Below, piece after piece: positions 7,736 through 18,472 of a DNA stretch of 64,000 nucleotides. The notes beneath the pieces are model-generated. The model was not told where the DNA came from, ran no database searches, and worked only from the letters and a program-made list of their open reading frames with translations. Source of the DNA: an uncultured Gemmatimonadales bacterium (GTDB taxonomy: Bacteria > Gemmatimonadota > Gemmatimonadetes > Gemmatimonadales > GWC2-71-9); assembly GCA_963844035.1 (NCBI GenBank), contig CAWJMT010000012.1, positions 1 to 64,000 on the forward strand. The letters are read 5' to 3'. The position numbers and the translations under genes are program-made. How positions within the stretch are numbered: the stretch's first letter is position 1; the number at the start of each line of letters is the position of its first letter.

Positions 7736-10143
7736 TCGTGTCGCAGCGCTGGCTCGAAGCCATGCTGGGACGCGCGCTGGACCCACGCGACCTGGAGCAC
7801 CGGCTCAGCATGCTGGGTGCTCCGGTCGAGAGCGTCGTGCCGCTCCACCAGGACCTGGGCGACGTGCTGATCGCGGAAGTGCTCGAGGCCAAGAAGCACC
7901 CCAACGCCGACCGGCTCTCCCTCTGCCTCGTCAATGCCGGCTGGGCGAGCCCGGTCGAAGTGGTGTGCGGCGCCCCGAACGTCCAGGCGGGAAAGAAGTA
8001 TCCCTACGCACCCGTCGGGGCCGTGCTCCCTGGCGGGCTCAAGCTCGAGCGCAGGAAAATCCGCGGCGTCGAATCGAACGGCATGCTCTGCTCCGCGAAG
8101 GAGCTGGGACTGGGCGAGGACCACGCGGGGATCATGCAGCTCGACACCGACGCGGCCCCCGGCACACGGTTTCTCGACGTCGTTCCCATCGCCGACCATC
8201 AGGTCGTGATCGAGGTGACCGCGAACCGCCCCGACCTGCTGTGCCACAAGGGCGTGGCGCGAGAGCTGGGGGCGTCGCTCGGGGCGGTGGTGAAGCTGCC
8301 GGAGATACCAGGCGGGAAGGCGGGAGGGCGGGAGGCGGCCAGCGCACCTCCCGCCTTCCCGCCTTCCCGCCCGTGGTACCGTCGACGGCGTCGAGATCCG
8401 TCTCGAGGACGCCGAAGGTTGCCCCCGCTACATGGCCGCGGTCATTCGCGGCGTTCGGGTCGACAAGAGCCCCGCGTGGCTCGCCCAACGACTCGCGAGC
8501 ATCGGGCAGCGGTCGATCAACAACGTCGTCGACGCGACCAACTACATCCTGTTCGAGCTGAACCAGCCGCTGCACGCGTTCGATCTGGCCAAGCTGCGCG
8601 GCCCGGCCGTGGTCATCCGGCGGGCGCGCGCCAACGAGAAGATCGTCACGCTGGACGGGGTGGGGCGCACGCTCACACCGGAGATGACCGCCATCTGCGA
8701 CGCCGAGCGGCCGACGATCATCGCGGGCGTCATGGGAAGCGCCGAATCCGAAGTGTCGGCCACCACGACTGACCTCGTGCTCGAGTGCGCCTTTTTCGAG
8801 CCGACGCGGATCCGCCGCACCCGCCGCGCGCTCGAGCTGTCGAGCGAGTCGAGCTACCGGTTCGAGCGCGGCATCGACATGGCCGGGCATGCCCGACGCG
8901 TTGCGCCGTGCGATCGAGCTGATCGTCGCGGTCGCGGGGGGCGAGGTGCGGGAGCCACCGCTCGATCTCTGGCCGGCGCCGATCGAGGAGCGGACGATCT
9001 TCTTGCGTCCCGAGCGCGTGGGGCACCTGCTGGGCATGACGGTGGAGCGTCCCGAAATCGAGCGCATCCTCTCCTCGGTCGGCTTTTTCGTCGCGCCGAA
9101 GGACGCGCGCCTGGCGGTGCAGATTCCCGGCTGGCGGCCCGATGTGACGCGCGAGGTGGACCTGATCGAGGAAGTCGCGCGCCTCAAGGGGTACGACGCG
9201 TTCCCGGACGAGCTTCGTCCCTATCGACCCGGCACCGTTCCCGATGCGCCCGTCGAGCGCGCCAAAGCGGCAGGTGCGCGCGTCCCTCGCGCAGGCCGGG
9301 TTCTACGAAGCACGCACCTTCCCCCTGGGCCCCGCCGACGGGCCCGACGCGATCGCCGTCTTGAACCCCATGTCCGCCGAGGAGGGGCACCTGCGAACCC
9401 GGCTGCTGCCCGGCCTCGTACGTCGGGTGGAGCACAACTGGTCCGGCCGCACGAGGGATATTCGGTTGTTCGAGGTCGGCACCGTTTTCCGGCTGGGGAC
9501 GGGGGACGGGGGAAGGGGGAAGGGTGCACCCGAGGAGTGGATCTCCGTGGCGGGGGTGCTGACTGGCGCCCGGCGGCCGCCGCACTGGACGGAGGGTGCG
9601 AAAGTACCTGATATGGACTTATGGGACCTCAAATATCACTTTGGGTTAGCTGTCGGCCTGGCATCCCCCTCCAGTAGCGTTCGCGCCGCGGGAAATGGGG
9701 CAGGATGGGAGGCGGTTGGGCCGGACAACACGGTGGTGGGTTGGGCAGGCGCGCTCGAGGGCGATGCGCCGGTGTGGGCCGCCCCGCTGTTCGGTTTCGA
9801 AGTGCGCCTGACGTTGGATGACCGCCCACCGGTCCGCTACCGGCCGCTGCCGCAGACGCCGGCGGTGGAGCGCGACCTGGCGCTGGTCCTGCCGGCTGGT
9901 GTGACGGCGGCGGCCGTGGAGGAAGTGCTGCGGAAGCACGCCGGGCCGTTGCTCGACACGCTGACGGTATTCGACGAGTACCGCGGGCCCGGAATTGCGG
10001 CCGACCATCGCAGCGTTGGATGGCGCTGCTCGTTCCGCGATCCCGGCCGGACGCTGCGGGAGAACGAGGTGGATACGATCCTCGCGGCGGCATTGCAGGC
10101 CCTGGAGGCTGACCTTGGCGTACGACGGCGAGCAGCGGGTTGA
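7732..10143 (+). CDS. pheT: Phenylalanine--tRNA ligase beta subunit (frameshifts near 8375, 8885, 9268)
   Basis: HPNADRL, VVCGAPN, ESNGMLCS, TANRPD, NNVVDATNY, SYRFERG, DLIEEVAR, C-terminal RDLALV across four ORFs. Confidence 0.95.
8310..8373. repeat. Inverted octamer arrays (AGGCGGGA)3 ... (TTCCCGCC)3 inside pheT
   Basis: Encodes GGKAGGREAASAPPAFPPSRP. Confidence 0.88.
9495..9524. repeat. G-rich heptamer array (GGGGAMG)4 inside pheT
   Basis: GGGGACG GGGGACG GGGGAAG GGGGAAG encodes GTGDGGRGKG. Confidence 0.9.
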
Positions 10144-10507
10144 TACCGCGATCCTGGACCAGCTCGAGACAATTCTCCGCCACGTGCAGGAGGAGCTGGC
10201 CGGGTGGCGCGCGCGCGCGCTCAAAGCCGAATCCGACCTCAAGGATCATCCCACCGCCGGGCAGGGGCGCAGTACGGGGCCGGTGCGGCACGATCCCGAC
10301 GCGCGGGGCCGGGCTTCGGAGGTGGAGCAGGAGAACAAGCAGTTGAGACAGCGGGTGGAAGCGGCACGCGTGCGGGTGGGCGAGCTGCTGAGCCGCCTCA
10401 CCTTCCTGGAAGACCAGGCGCGGGAGCCGGGCGGCAACGGCGCGGGCCGCTCGGGCGGGACCGGTCGTGCCGGCAGCGCGAACGCGTCCGAGGAGGGGAC
10501 GGCATGA
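10115..10507 (+). CDS. Coiled-coil protein upstream of zapA (ZapB-like position)
   Basis: GGAGG RBS with TTG at 10115; heptad segments LDQLETILRHVQEEL and VEQENKQLRQRVEAAR; lies between pheT and zapA. Confidence 0.7.
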   Translation: MAYDGEQRVDTAILDQLETILRHVQEELAGWRARALKAESDLKDHPTAGQGRSTGPVRHDPDARGRASEVEQENKQLRQRVEAARVRVGELLSRLTFLEDQAREPGGNGAGRSGGTGRAGSANASEEGTA

Positions 10508-10824
10508 CCGCGAAAAAACATGCGGTCAAAGTGATGATCGGCGGCGAAGAGTACACCGTACGCTCCGACCTGCCGCCCGAGTACACGCGCGACGTTGCCG
10601 CGTACGTCGATCAGGCCCTCAAGAAAGTGCTCAGTCAGGGACCCATCGTGGAGATCCACAAGGCCGCGATCCTCGCGGCGCTGGACATCACGAACGAGTT
10701 GTTCCAATCGAAAAAGGGCGAGCGCGAGGTCGCTGCCCGACTGACCGCGCTGGCCGACGACCTGATCAAGGTGCTGCCGCCCGGCAAGCGCAAGATCGTC
10801 GGGCTGCAGTCACCCGTCGCCTGA
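10504..10824 (+). CDS. zapA: Cell division protein ZapA
   Basis: VKVMIGGEEYTVR, VAAYVD, AILAALDITNELF. Confidence 0.9.
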   Translation: MTAKKHAVKVMIGGEEYTVRSDLPPEYTRDVAAYVDQALKKVLSQGPIVEIHKAAILAALDITNELFQSKKGEREVAARLTALADDLIKVLPPGKRKIVGLQSPVA

Positions 10825-10832
10825 GCGGGACC

Positions 10833-11720
10833 ATGCCCGCGAGGCTGATCGACGGCGTCGCGATCGGGGACACGATGCGCGCCGAGCTGATGGGCGAGAT
10901 TCGAGCGTTGCAGGCCCGCGGTGTCACCCCCGGACTCGCCGCGGTGCTGGTCGGCGACAACCCCGCGTCCCAGACCTACGTACGGATGAAGGCGAAGGCG
11001 TGCGACCAGGCAGGCCTGTACCACGAGACGATCCAGCTTCCGCAGGACACCGGTGAGCCCGAGCTCCTGGCGCTCACTCGGCGCCTCAACGCGGACGCCA
11101 GAATCCACGGCATCCTCGTGCAGCTCCCCCTGCCGCCCCACATCAACAGCCAGCGTGTGTTGCGCAGCGTGGACCCACGCAAAGACGTGGACGGGTTTCA
11201 CCCCGAGAACGTGGGCAAGGTGGCCGTCGGAGACGTGACCGGCTTCCGGCCGGCGACCCCCTACGGCGTGCAGCAGCTGCTGCTCCGCAGCGGGTTCGAG
11301 ATCCAGGGACGCCACGTCGTGATAGTGGGACGTTCGGTGATCGTCGGGCGGCCGATGGCGTCGCTGCTGCTGCAGGACGGTCCCGGCGGCAACGCCACGG
11401 TGACCGTGTGCCACTCGCGCACCCGCGACATCGCATCCGTCACCCGGTTGGCCGACATCCTGATCGTGGCGATCGGGAGACCGGAGTTCATCGTCGGGTC
11501 GATGGTCAAGCCGGGCGCGGTCGTGATCGACGTGGGCGTGAACCGGGTCGACGATCCGTCGGTCAAGAAAGGCTACCGCCTGGTCGGGGACGTGAAGTTC
11601 GAGGAGGTCCGCGGGGTGGCGGACGCGATCACGCCGGTACCCGGAGGCGTGGGTCCGATGACGATCACGATGCTGTTGTACAACACGGTGCAGGCGGCGC
11701 GGCAGTGGGCATCGGCCTAG
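10833..11720 (+). CDS. folD: Methylenetetrahydrofolate dehydrogenase/cyclohydrolase
   Basis: GILVQLPLP, KDVDGFHP, GRSVIVGRP, ITPVPGGVGPMTI. Confidence 0.97.
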   Translation: MPARLIDGVAIGDTMRAELMGEIRALQARGVTPGLAAVLVGDNPASQTYVRMKAKACDQAGLYHETIQLPQDTGEPELLALTRRLNADARIHGILVQLPLPPHINSQRVLRSVDPRKDVDGFHPENVGKVAVGDVTGFRPATPYGVQQLLLRSGFEIQGRHVVIVGRSVIVGRPMASLLLQDGPGGNATVTVCHSRTRDIASVTRLADILIVAIGRPEFIVGSMVKPGAVVIDVGVNRVDDPSVKKGYRLVGDVKFEEVRGVADAITPVPGGVGPMTITMLLYNTVQAARQWASA

Positions 11721-12862
11721 ACCTGTTTTCGGCGGCGTCGGCCGAGGGGGCGTGGACGGTGGGCGAGCTGACCCGCCGGGCGAAGGCCGTGATTGAGGCC
11801 ACGCTCGAGCCGCTGTGGGTCCGGGGCGAGGTCTCGGGCCTCAAGCAGTACCAGAGCGGCCACTGGTACTTCACCCTGCGCGACAAGACCGCCCAGGTCC
11901 GCTGCGTCATGTGGGCGAAGAACAACCAGCGTCTCCCCACCGCACCCGCGGACGGCATGCAGGTGTTCGTCTTCGCCCGCCCCACGTTCTACGAGCAAAA
12001 GGGTGAGTTCCGCCTCACCGTGGTCGAGCTGCTCTCCACGGAGGCGGGAGGTCTGTGGCAGCTCGCGCTCGAAAAAGCCAAGGCAGCCCTGTTTCGGGAC
12101 GGGCTGCTCGACCCCGCCCGCAAGCGGCCGCTGCCGGCGTACGCGCAGCGCATCGCGGTGATCACCAGTCCCGACGCCGCCGCCCTGCGCGACATCATGG
12201 CGGTCGTGGCCCGCCGCTGGCCGATCGCCCGGCTGCTGGTGATCCCGACGCGCGTCCAGGGCGACGGCGCCGTGGCGGAGCTGTGTGCCGCGTTCGCGGT
12301 GCTCGGCCGGCTGCGCGGGCTCGACGTCGCGATCGTGGGACGCGGCGGCGGCTCGAAAGAGGATCTGTGGGCGTTCAACAACGAGCTCGTCGCGCGCGCG
12401 GTGGCGGGCGCCCCCGTCCCGGTGATCTCCGCCGTGGGGCATGAGACCGACGTGACGCTGTGCGACCTGGTCGCCGACTGGCGCGCCCCCACGCCGTCCG
12501 CCGCGGCGGAGGCCGCGACGCCCGACCGCGCCGAGGTGCTCGAGCACGTCGCGCATCTCGGCACCCGCCTGGGCCGCGGCCTGGTGTCGCGCGTGGACCT
12601 TGCCGCCCAGCGGCTCGAGCGCAGCGGCGAACGCTTGAGCAGCGTCATCGCGCTGCGTCTGGAGCGCCACCGCCACCAGCTGGCGGCAGCGAGCGGACGG
12701 CTCGACGCGCTCTCGCCCCTCAAGATTCTGGAGCGCGGCTTCTCGCTGGCGCGCGATGCGAGTGGACAGGTCCTGCGTCGCGTGGCCCAATTCCCGGCCG
12801 GTGCCGCGTTCCGGCTGCGCGTGTCGGACGGCGAAGTGCCGGCGCGGGTGGCGGAATCCTGA
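11705..12862 (+). CDS. xseA: Exodeoxyribonuclease VII large subunit
   Basis: WVRGEVS, SGHWYFTLRD, RGGGSKEDLWAFN, SAVGHETD, APTPSAAAE. Confidence 0.96.
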   Translation: MGIGLDLFSAASAEGAWTVGELTRRAKAVIEATLEPLWVRGEVSGLKQYQSGHWYFTLRDKTAQVRCVMWAKNNQRLPTAPADGMQVFVFARPTFYEQKGEFRLTVVELLSTEAGGLWQLALEKAKAALFRDGLLDPARKRPLPAYAQRIAVITSPDAAALRDIMAVVARRWPIARLLVIPTRVQGDGAVAELCAAFAVLGRLRGLDVAIVGRGGGSKEDLWAFNNELVARAVAGAPVPVISAVGHETDVTLCDLVADWRAPTPSAAAEAATPDRAEVLEHVAHLGTRLGRGLVSRVDLAAQRLERSGERLSSVIALRLERHRHQLAAASGRLDALSPLKILERGFSLARDASGQVLRRVAQFPAGAAFRLRVSDGEVPARVAES

Positions 12863-13086
12863 TGGCGAAGGAGCCCTCGTTCGCGCAGCAGCTCGAGCGC
12901 CTGGAGGCGATCGTACGGCGGCTCGAATCCCCGGACCTCGATCTGGACGAGGCGCTCAAGCTGTTCGAGGAAGGCGTCGAGGGCGTGCGCGCGATGCGCG
13001 AGCGATTGTCGAGCGCGGAAGCGACCGTCAAGCAGGTACTCGCCGACAAAGCCGGAGTGTTGCGGACTGAAGATCTCGACGAGTAA
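12862..13086 (+). CDS. xseB: Exodeoxyribonuclease VII small subunit
   Basis: SFAQQLERLEAIVRRLE, LDEALKLFEEGV. Confidence 0.94.
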   Translation: MAKEPSFAQQLERLEAIVRRLESPDLDLDEALKLFEEGVEGVRAMRERLSSAEATVKQVLADKAGVLRTEDLDE

Positions 13087-13973
13087 CGGCGGGCTGGCGG
13101 AGTATCTCGCCTCCGCGCGCGCCCAGGTGGATGCGGTGCTGGCCCACTGGGGCGAGCGCTCGGGCGCCGGTCCCATCGCGGCCGCGATGCAGTACAGCCT
13201 GCTCGGCGCCGGGAAGCGGCTCCGCCCCACGCTGGTGTTCGCGTCGTACGAGGCGGTCGGGGGCGGGGAGCCGGCGGTCGCCGAGCTGGCGGCGGCGATC
13301 GAAGTCGTGCACGCCTACTCGCTCGTACACGACGATCTGCCCTGCATGGACGACGACGACCTGCGGCGGGGCCGCGCCACGGCGCACCGGGCGTTCGACG
13401 TCGCGACCGCTACGCGGGCCGGGTTTCAGATGGTCGCCCTCGCGGCCCTGGTGCTGGCGCACGGGATGGACGCGCTCGCGCTCGACGCCGGAGCGGCGGC
13501 GGGCGATCGCCCTGGAGCTGTTCCGGGCCGCCGGGGCCGGCGGGATGATCGGCGGCCAGGCGCTCGACCTCGCGGGGGAGGGTCGCGCCCTTCCCGCCGA
13601 GCAGCTCAAGCAGATCCATCAGTCCAAGACGGGGGCGCTCATCGCCGCCTCGTGCGCCATCGGCGGCCTGGCGGCGCGGGCGCCGGCGGCGACCATCGGC
13701 GCGCTGCGCGAATACGGCGCGCGCCTCGGGCTCGCGTTTCAGATCTACGACGACGTGCTCGACGCCACCGCGACCTCGGACCAGCTCGGCAAGACCGCCG
13801 GGAAGGACGCGGCGCGCGCCAAATCGACCTTTGTGACGGTGCTGGACGTCGACGTGGCGCGCGCCGAGGCCGAGCGGCTCGCCGCGCTGGCCGTAGACCG
13901 GCTGCGGGAGGCGGGGTTAGTTTCACCCGTACTGGTGGACCTGGCGCAGTACGTCGTTACCCGACCCAACTGA
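13079..13973 (+). CDS. ispA: Farnesyl/geranylgeranyl diphosphate synthase (start uncertain; frameshift near 13485)
   Basis: GKRLRP, YSLVHDDLPCMDDDDLRRG, GMIGGQALD, KTGALI, FQIYDDVLD, GKTAGKD. Confidence 0.92.
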
Positions 13974-13982
13974 GCGGCACAC

Positions 13983-15884
13983 ATGGCGTTGCTCGATCAG
14001 ATCCGCGGTCCCCAGGACGTTCGAGCCCTGTCGCGGGAACAGCTGCAGCCGCTGGCGGACGAGGTCCGGCAGCGGCTGATCGACGTCGTTTCCCAGACCG
14101 GCGGGCACATCGGCGCGGGGCTGGGCGTCGTGGAGCTGTCGGTGGCCCTGTGCCACTGCTTCGATTCGCCGCGCGACAAGATCGTGTGGGACGTTGGCCA
14201 CCAGGGCTATCCCTGGAAGATCCTCACCGGCCGCAACGACCGCTTCCCGACCCTGCGCAAGAGCGGGGGCCTCTCGGGGTTCCTGCGGCGCTCGGAGAGC
14301 GAGCACGATCAGTTCGGGGCGGGGCACGCGGGGACGGCGCTGTCCGCGGCGTTCGGAATCGCGGCCGCCCGCGACCTGAAGCACGAGTCGTTCGACGTCG
14401 TGGCGGTATTCGGCGACGGCTCGCTCACGTGCGGGCTGCCGTATGAGGCCATGAACAACGCCGGCAATTCGGGGCGCGACATCATCCTCGTCCTGAACGA
14501 CAACGGCATGTCCATCGCGCCCAACGTCGGCGCGATCAACAAGTATCTCGGCTCCATCATCGCCAGCCCGGTCACGGTGCGCGTCCGCGAGAAGGTCAAA
14601 GCCATGATCGAGAAGGCTTCGCACATCGTGGGTGGGCCGCGCCTCCTCGAATTCGCCAAGACGCTCGAGGAGAGCGTCAAGAACCTCTGGTCGCCCGGGA
14701 TGCTGTTCGAAGAGCTGGGGTTCCGCTACTTCGGGCCGATCGACGGCCACAACCTCGAGCACCTCGTGCAGACCATGGAGATCGTCAAGTCGCTCGAGGG
14801 GCCGCGGGTGGTGCACGTCATCACCGAAAAGGGCAAAGGCTTCCCCCATTTCGAGCCCGACGACGAGCGATATCACGCGCGCGCTCCGTACGATCCGGTG
14901 ACCGGCAAGCTCAGACCCGTCAATGCGGGTCCACCGCAGTGGACCAAGATCTTCGGGGAGGCCCTCACGCAGCTGGCCGCCGAGTATCCGCGGCTGGTCG
15001 CAATCACGGCGGCGATGCCGTCGGGCACCGGGATTACCGTCTTCCAAAAGAAGTGGCCCGACCGCTTCTTCGACGTGGGGATCGCCGAGGCGCACGCGGT
15101 CACATTCGCGGCCGGACTCGCGACCCAGGACATCCGGCCCGTCGTCGCGATCTACTCGACGTTCCTGCAGCGCGCTTACGACAGCATCATTCACGACGTC
15201 GCGATCCAGCGGTTGCCGGTGATTTTCGCGCTCGACCGCGCCGGGATGGTGGGCGAAGACGGCCAGACGCACATGGGGCTGTACGACATCCCCTACCTCC
15301 TGGCCGTGCCGCACATGACGGTCACCGCGCCCAAGGACGGGACGGAGCTGATCGGGTTGCTGCGCTGCGCGCTCGAGCACAAGGACGGGCCGTTCTCGCT
15401 CCGCTACCCGCGCGACAAGGCGCCCGCCGCCGCGCCGCCCGCTGCCGAAGTGGCTCCGGTGCCCTACGGCACGTGGGAGCTGCTGCGCAAAGGCAAAGAC
15501 TGCGCGCTGCTCGCGGTCGGCGTCATGTGCCAGGCGGCGCTCGAGGCGGCGGAGCTGCTCGCCGCCGAGGGACTGTCGGTGAGCGTGGTGAACTGCCGCT
15601 TCCTCAAGCCGCTCGACCGCGTGATGCTGGAGGCGCTGGTGCGCGACCACCGCCTGCTCGTGACGGTCGAGGACGGGACGGTCGTGAACGGGTTCGGCGC
15701 TTCGCTCGCCGCCCTGGTGCAGACGACCGCGCCCGAAGTGCGCGTCGTGCCGCTCGGCGTCCCCGACCGGACGTACGAGCATGCGTCGCGCGCGGAGCAG
15801 CTCGCCGAAGTCGGGCTCACCGGCCCCGGCATCGCCGCCCGCACCCGCACCCTGGCGGCCGAGGAGTCGCTCGCGCCCTCATGA
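13983..15884 (+). CDS. dxs: 1-deoxy-D-xylulose-5-phosphate synthase
   Basis: GGHIGAGLG, WDVGHQ, GDGSLT, NDNGMSI, FDVGIAEAHA, YSTFLQRAYD. Confidence 0.97.
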   Translation: MALLDQIRGPQDVRALSREQLQPLADEVRQRLIDVVSQTGGHIGAGLGVVELSVALCHCFDSPRDKIVWDVGHQGYPWKILTGRNDRFPTLRKSGGLSGFLRRSESEHDQFGAGHAGTALSAAFGIAAARDLKHESFDVVAVFGDGSLTCGLPYEAMNNAGNSGRDIILVLNDNGMSIAPNVGAINKYLGSIIASPVTVRVREKVKAMIEKASHIVGGPRLLEFAKTLEESVKNLWSPGMLFEELGFRYFGPIDGHNLEHLVQTMEIVKSLEGPRVVHVITEKGKGFPHFEPDDERYHARAPYDPVTGKLRPVNAGPPQWTKIFGEALTQLAAEYPRLVAITAAMPSGTGITVFQKKWPDRFFDVGIAEAHAVTFAAGLATQDIRPVVAIYSTFLQRAYDSIIHDVAIQRLPVIFALDRAGMVGEDGQTHMGLYDIPYLLAVPHMTVTAPKDGTELIGLLRCALEHKDGPFSLRYPRDKAPAAAPPAAEVAPVPYGTWELLRKGKDCALLAVGVMCQAALEAAELLAAEGLSVSVVNCRFLKPLDRVMLEALVRDHRLLVTVEDGTVVNGFGASLAALVQTTAPEVRVVPLGVPDRTYEHASRAEQLAEVGLTGPGIAARTRTLAAEESLAPS

Positions 15885-16753
15885 ACGTCGGGGTCGTGGG
15901 TAATCCGAACTACCGCGACTTGAAAAGCCTGCTTGCGCACCTCGCGCAGACGGCGCCCCGCCTCGGCATCACGCTGTTTTCGGAATCGACGCTCGTTCCC
16001 CTGTGGCCCGCGCCCGCCCCGGCGCCGCTCGACAAGGGTCCTGCTCTCGACTGCCTGATCACCCTGGGCGGCGACGGCACACTGCTGCGAGGGGCCCGCG
16101 TTCTCAACGGGGCCGGCACGCCCATCCTCGGCGTCAACCTCGGGCGGGTCGGGTTCCTCACCACCGCCAATGCCAAGACGCTCGATTGGGCGCTCGAGGC
16201 CCTCGTTCGCCGCGACTACACCACCGAGGCCCGGCTGGCGTTGCAGCCTTCGATTGTAAACCGCGCGGGCGCCAGCCGTCCCGAGCCGGTCGTGCTCAAC
16301 GACGCCGTGGTTCACAAGGGTGGCGTGGCGCGTGTGGTGCACATGCGGCTCGTGGTGGACGGCGAAGAGGTCGGCCAGTACTCGGCGGACGGCATCATCG
16401 TCGCGACCCCCACCGGCTCGACCGCGTACTCGCTCTCGGCCGGCGGCCCGATCGTGCTCCCCACCGTGAGCGCAATCGTCGTCACGGCCATCTGCCCGCA
16501 CACCCTCGCGGTGCGGCCCCTGGTGCTGCCGGCTACCACGGTCGTGTCGGTCGAGCCGATTCCGCCCTGGACCGAAGAGGTGCTGGTGTCGCTCGACGGC
16601 CAGCTCAGCACCACCATCCACCCGGGCGAGCGCCTGCTCGTGAGGAGCGCGGAGCGTCCCGTGCTGCTGGTACGGCTTGGGCCTGAAGGGTTCTTCCTGC
16701 GGATGCGCGACAAACTCCACTGGGGCGACCTGTCCGACCGGGAGCGCGCGTAA
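15881..16753 (+). CDS. nadK: NAD kinase
   Basis: LGGDGT, GVNLGRVGFL, LND, ADGIIVATPTGSTAYSLSAGGP. Confidence 0.96.
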   Translation: MNVGVVGNPNYRDLKSLLAHLAQTAPRLGITLFSESTLVPLWPAPAPAPLDKGPALDCLITLGGDGTLLRGARVLNGAGTPILGVNLGRVGFLTTANAKTLDWALEALVRRDYTTEARLALQPSIVNRAGASRPEPVVLNDAVVHKGGVARVVHMRLVVDGEEVGQYSADGIIVATPTGSTAYSLSAGGPIVLPTVSAIVVTAICPHTLAVRPLVLPATTVVSVEPIPPWTEEVLVSLDGQLSTTIHPGERLLVRSAERPVLLVRLGPEGFFLRMRDKLHWGDLSDRERA

Positions 16754-18472
16754 GTGCTCACGGAGCTGCGGGTGCGCGACCTCGCAGTGATCGCCGACGT
16801 GACCCTGCCGCTCCAACCCGGCCTGAACGTGCTCACCGGCGAGACCGGTGCGGGCAAGTCCATGCTGGTGGACGCGCTCGCGCTGCTGCTCGGCGAGCGG
16901 GCATCGTCGGATGCCGTCCGGCCTGGAGCCGCCAAGACGGTGATCGAAGGCGCCTTTGAATTGTACTTCGACCGCCCTCGACCGCCTTCGCCCGCCCTTG
17001 ACCGCCCTGGGCGTGGACACCGAGGACGGCCAGCTGATTCTCAAGCGCGAAATCACCGCCGAGGGCCGCTCCCGCGCCTGGGTGAACGGCAGTCCCACGG
17101 CAATCGGCGTCCTGAGCCAGCTCGGTGCGCTGCTGGTGGACCTGCACGGCCAGCACGAAACCCAGTCCTTGTTGCGCCCCGACGTGCAGCGCGAGCTGCT
17201 CGATGCGTTCAGCGACGCCCAGGTCGAGAGCGGCGCCGCCCGCAACGCGCATGAGAAGTGGAAAGGGCTCGAGCAGCGTGAGGAGGAGCTGCGGGGCAAG
17301 CAGGAAGACGTGCGCCGCAAAGCCGACTACCTGCAGCACGTGGTGGAAGAAATCCGCGCCGCGAACCCCAAGGTGGGCGAGGACGACGCGCTCGCGGGTG
17401 AAGCGCAGCGGCTGGCGCACGCCGACGAGCTGGGGCGGCTGGCGCGCGAGCTCGACCAGGCGCTCGACACGGCGGGGCTCGCCCGGGCGGCGAAGCTGCT
17501 CGCGGCGCTGCAGCGCCTCGATCCGTCGGCCGCTGCCTGGCAGCCGCTGCTCGACGGCGCCTTCGCCAATACCGACGAGCTGGCCCGCGCGGCCCGCGAG
17601 TACGGGGGCAGCATCGACGCCGATCCTGACCGGCTCGCTCGTCTGGAGCAGCGCCGCGACGTGCTGTTTCGCCTCGACCCAGAAGTACGGACCGACGCTG
17701 CCCGACGTCTTAGCGGCGCGAGATGCCGCGGCGCGCGAGCTCGAGCTGCTCGACACCGCCGACCTCGATCTCCGCGCGCTCGCCGAGCAGCGGGACGTCG
17801 CCGCGGCGGACTTCACGCGTGCCTGCGGCGCGCTGACCGCCAAGCGCCAGGCTGGTGCCGCGCGCATGGCCCAGGCGGTGGATCAGCTGCTGCCGGCGCT
17901 CGGGATGCCGGGCGGGCGCTTCGTGGTGCGGCTTGCAGCGCGGCGGGCCGCCTACGCGCAGGGCGCGGAGGATGTCACGTTCGAGGTGCAGCTGAATACG
18001 GGTCTCGACGCGCGCCCGCTGGCGCGGGTCGCGTCAGGCGGCGAGTTGTCGCGGCTGATGCTGGCGCTGAAGGTGGTCCTGGCGGCGCACGACGCGGTGC
18101 CGACGCTGGTATTCGACGAGGTCGATCAGGGGATCGGCGGTGAGGCGGGGGTGAAGGTGGGAGAAGCGTTGGCGACGGTCGCCCAGGGCGAGGGGCGGCA
18201 GGCGCTGGTGATCACCCACTTGCCGCAGATCGCCGCCTACGCGGACCACCATCTCGTCGTTTCGAAGGGGGCACGCGGCGGCATCGCCACGTCGGACGTG
18301 CAGGTGGTAACGGCGGACGCGCGCCGCGCGCGAGCTGGCGCGCATGCTGGGGGCCCCCGACATGGACACGGCGCTGCGGCATGCCGCGGAGCTGCTCAAA
18401 GCAGCTTCCAATCGATCCGCATCACGAGCCGGAACACCGTCGTCACCGGTACAAGGCCGCCCTCGCCGTTGA
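16754..18472 (+). CDS. recN: DNA repair protein RecN (frameshifts near 16960, 17677, 18325)
   Basis: LTGETGAGKS, DLHGQH, ASGGELSR, FDEVDQG, ITHLPQIAA, ELARMLG. Confidence 0.94.
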
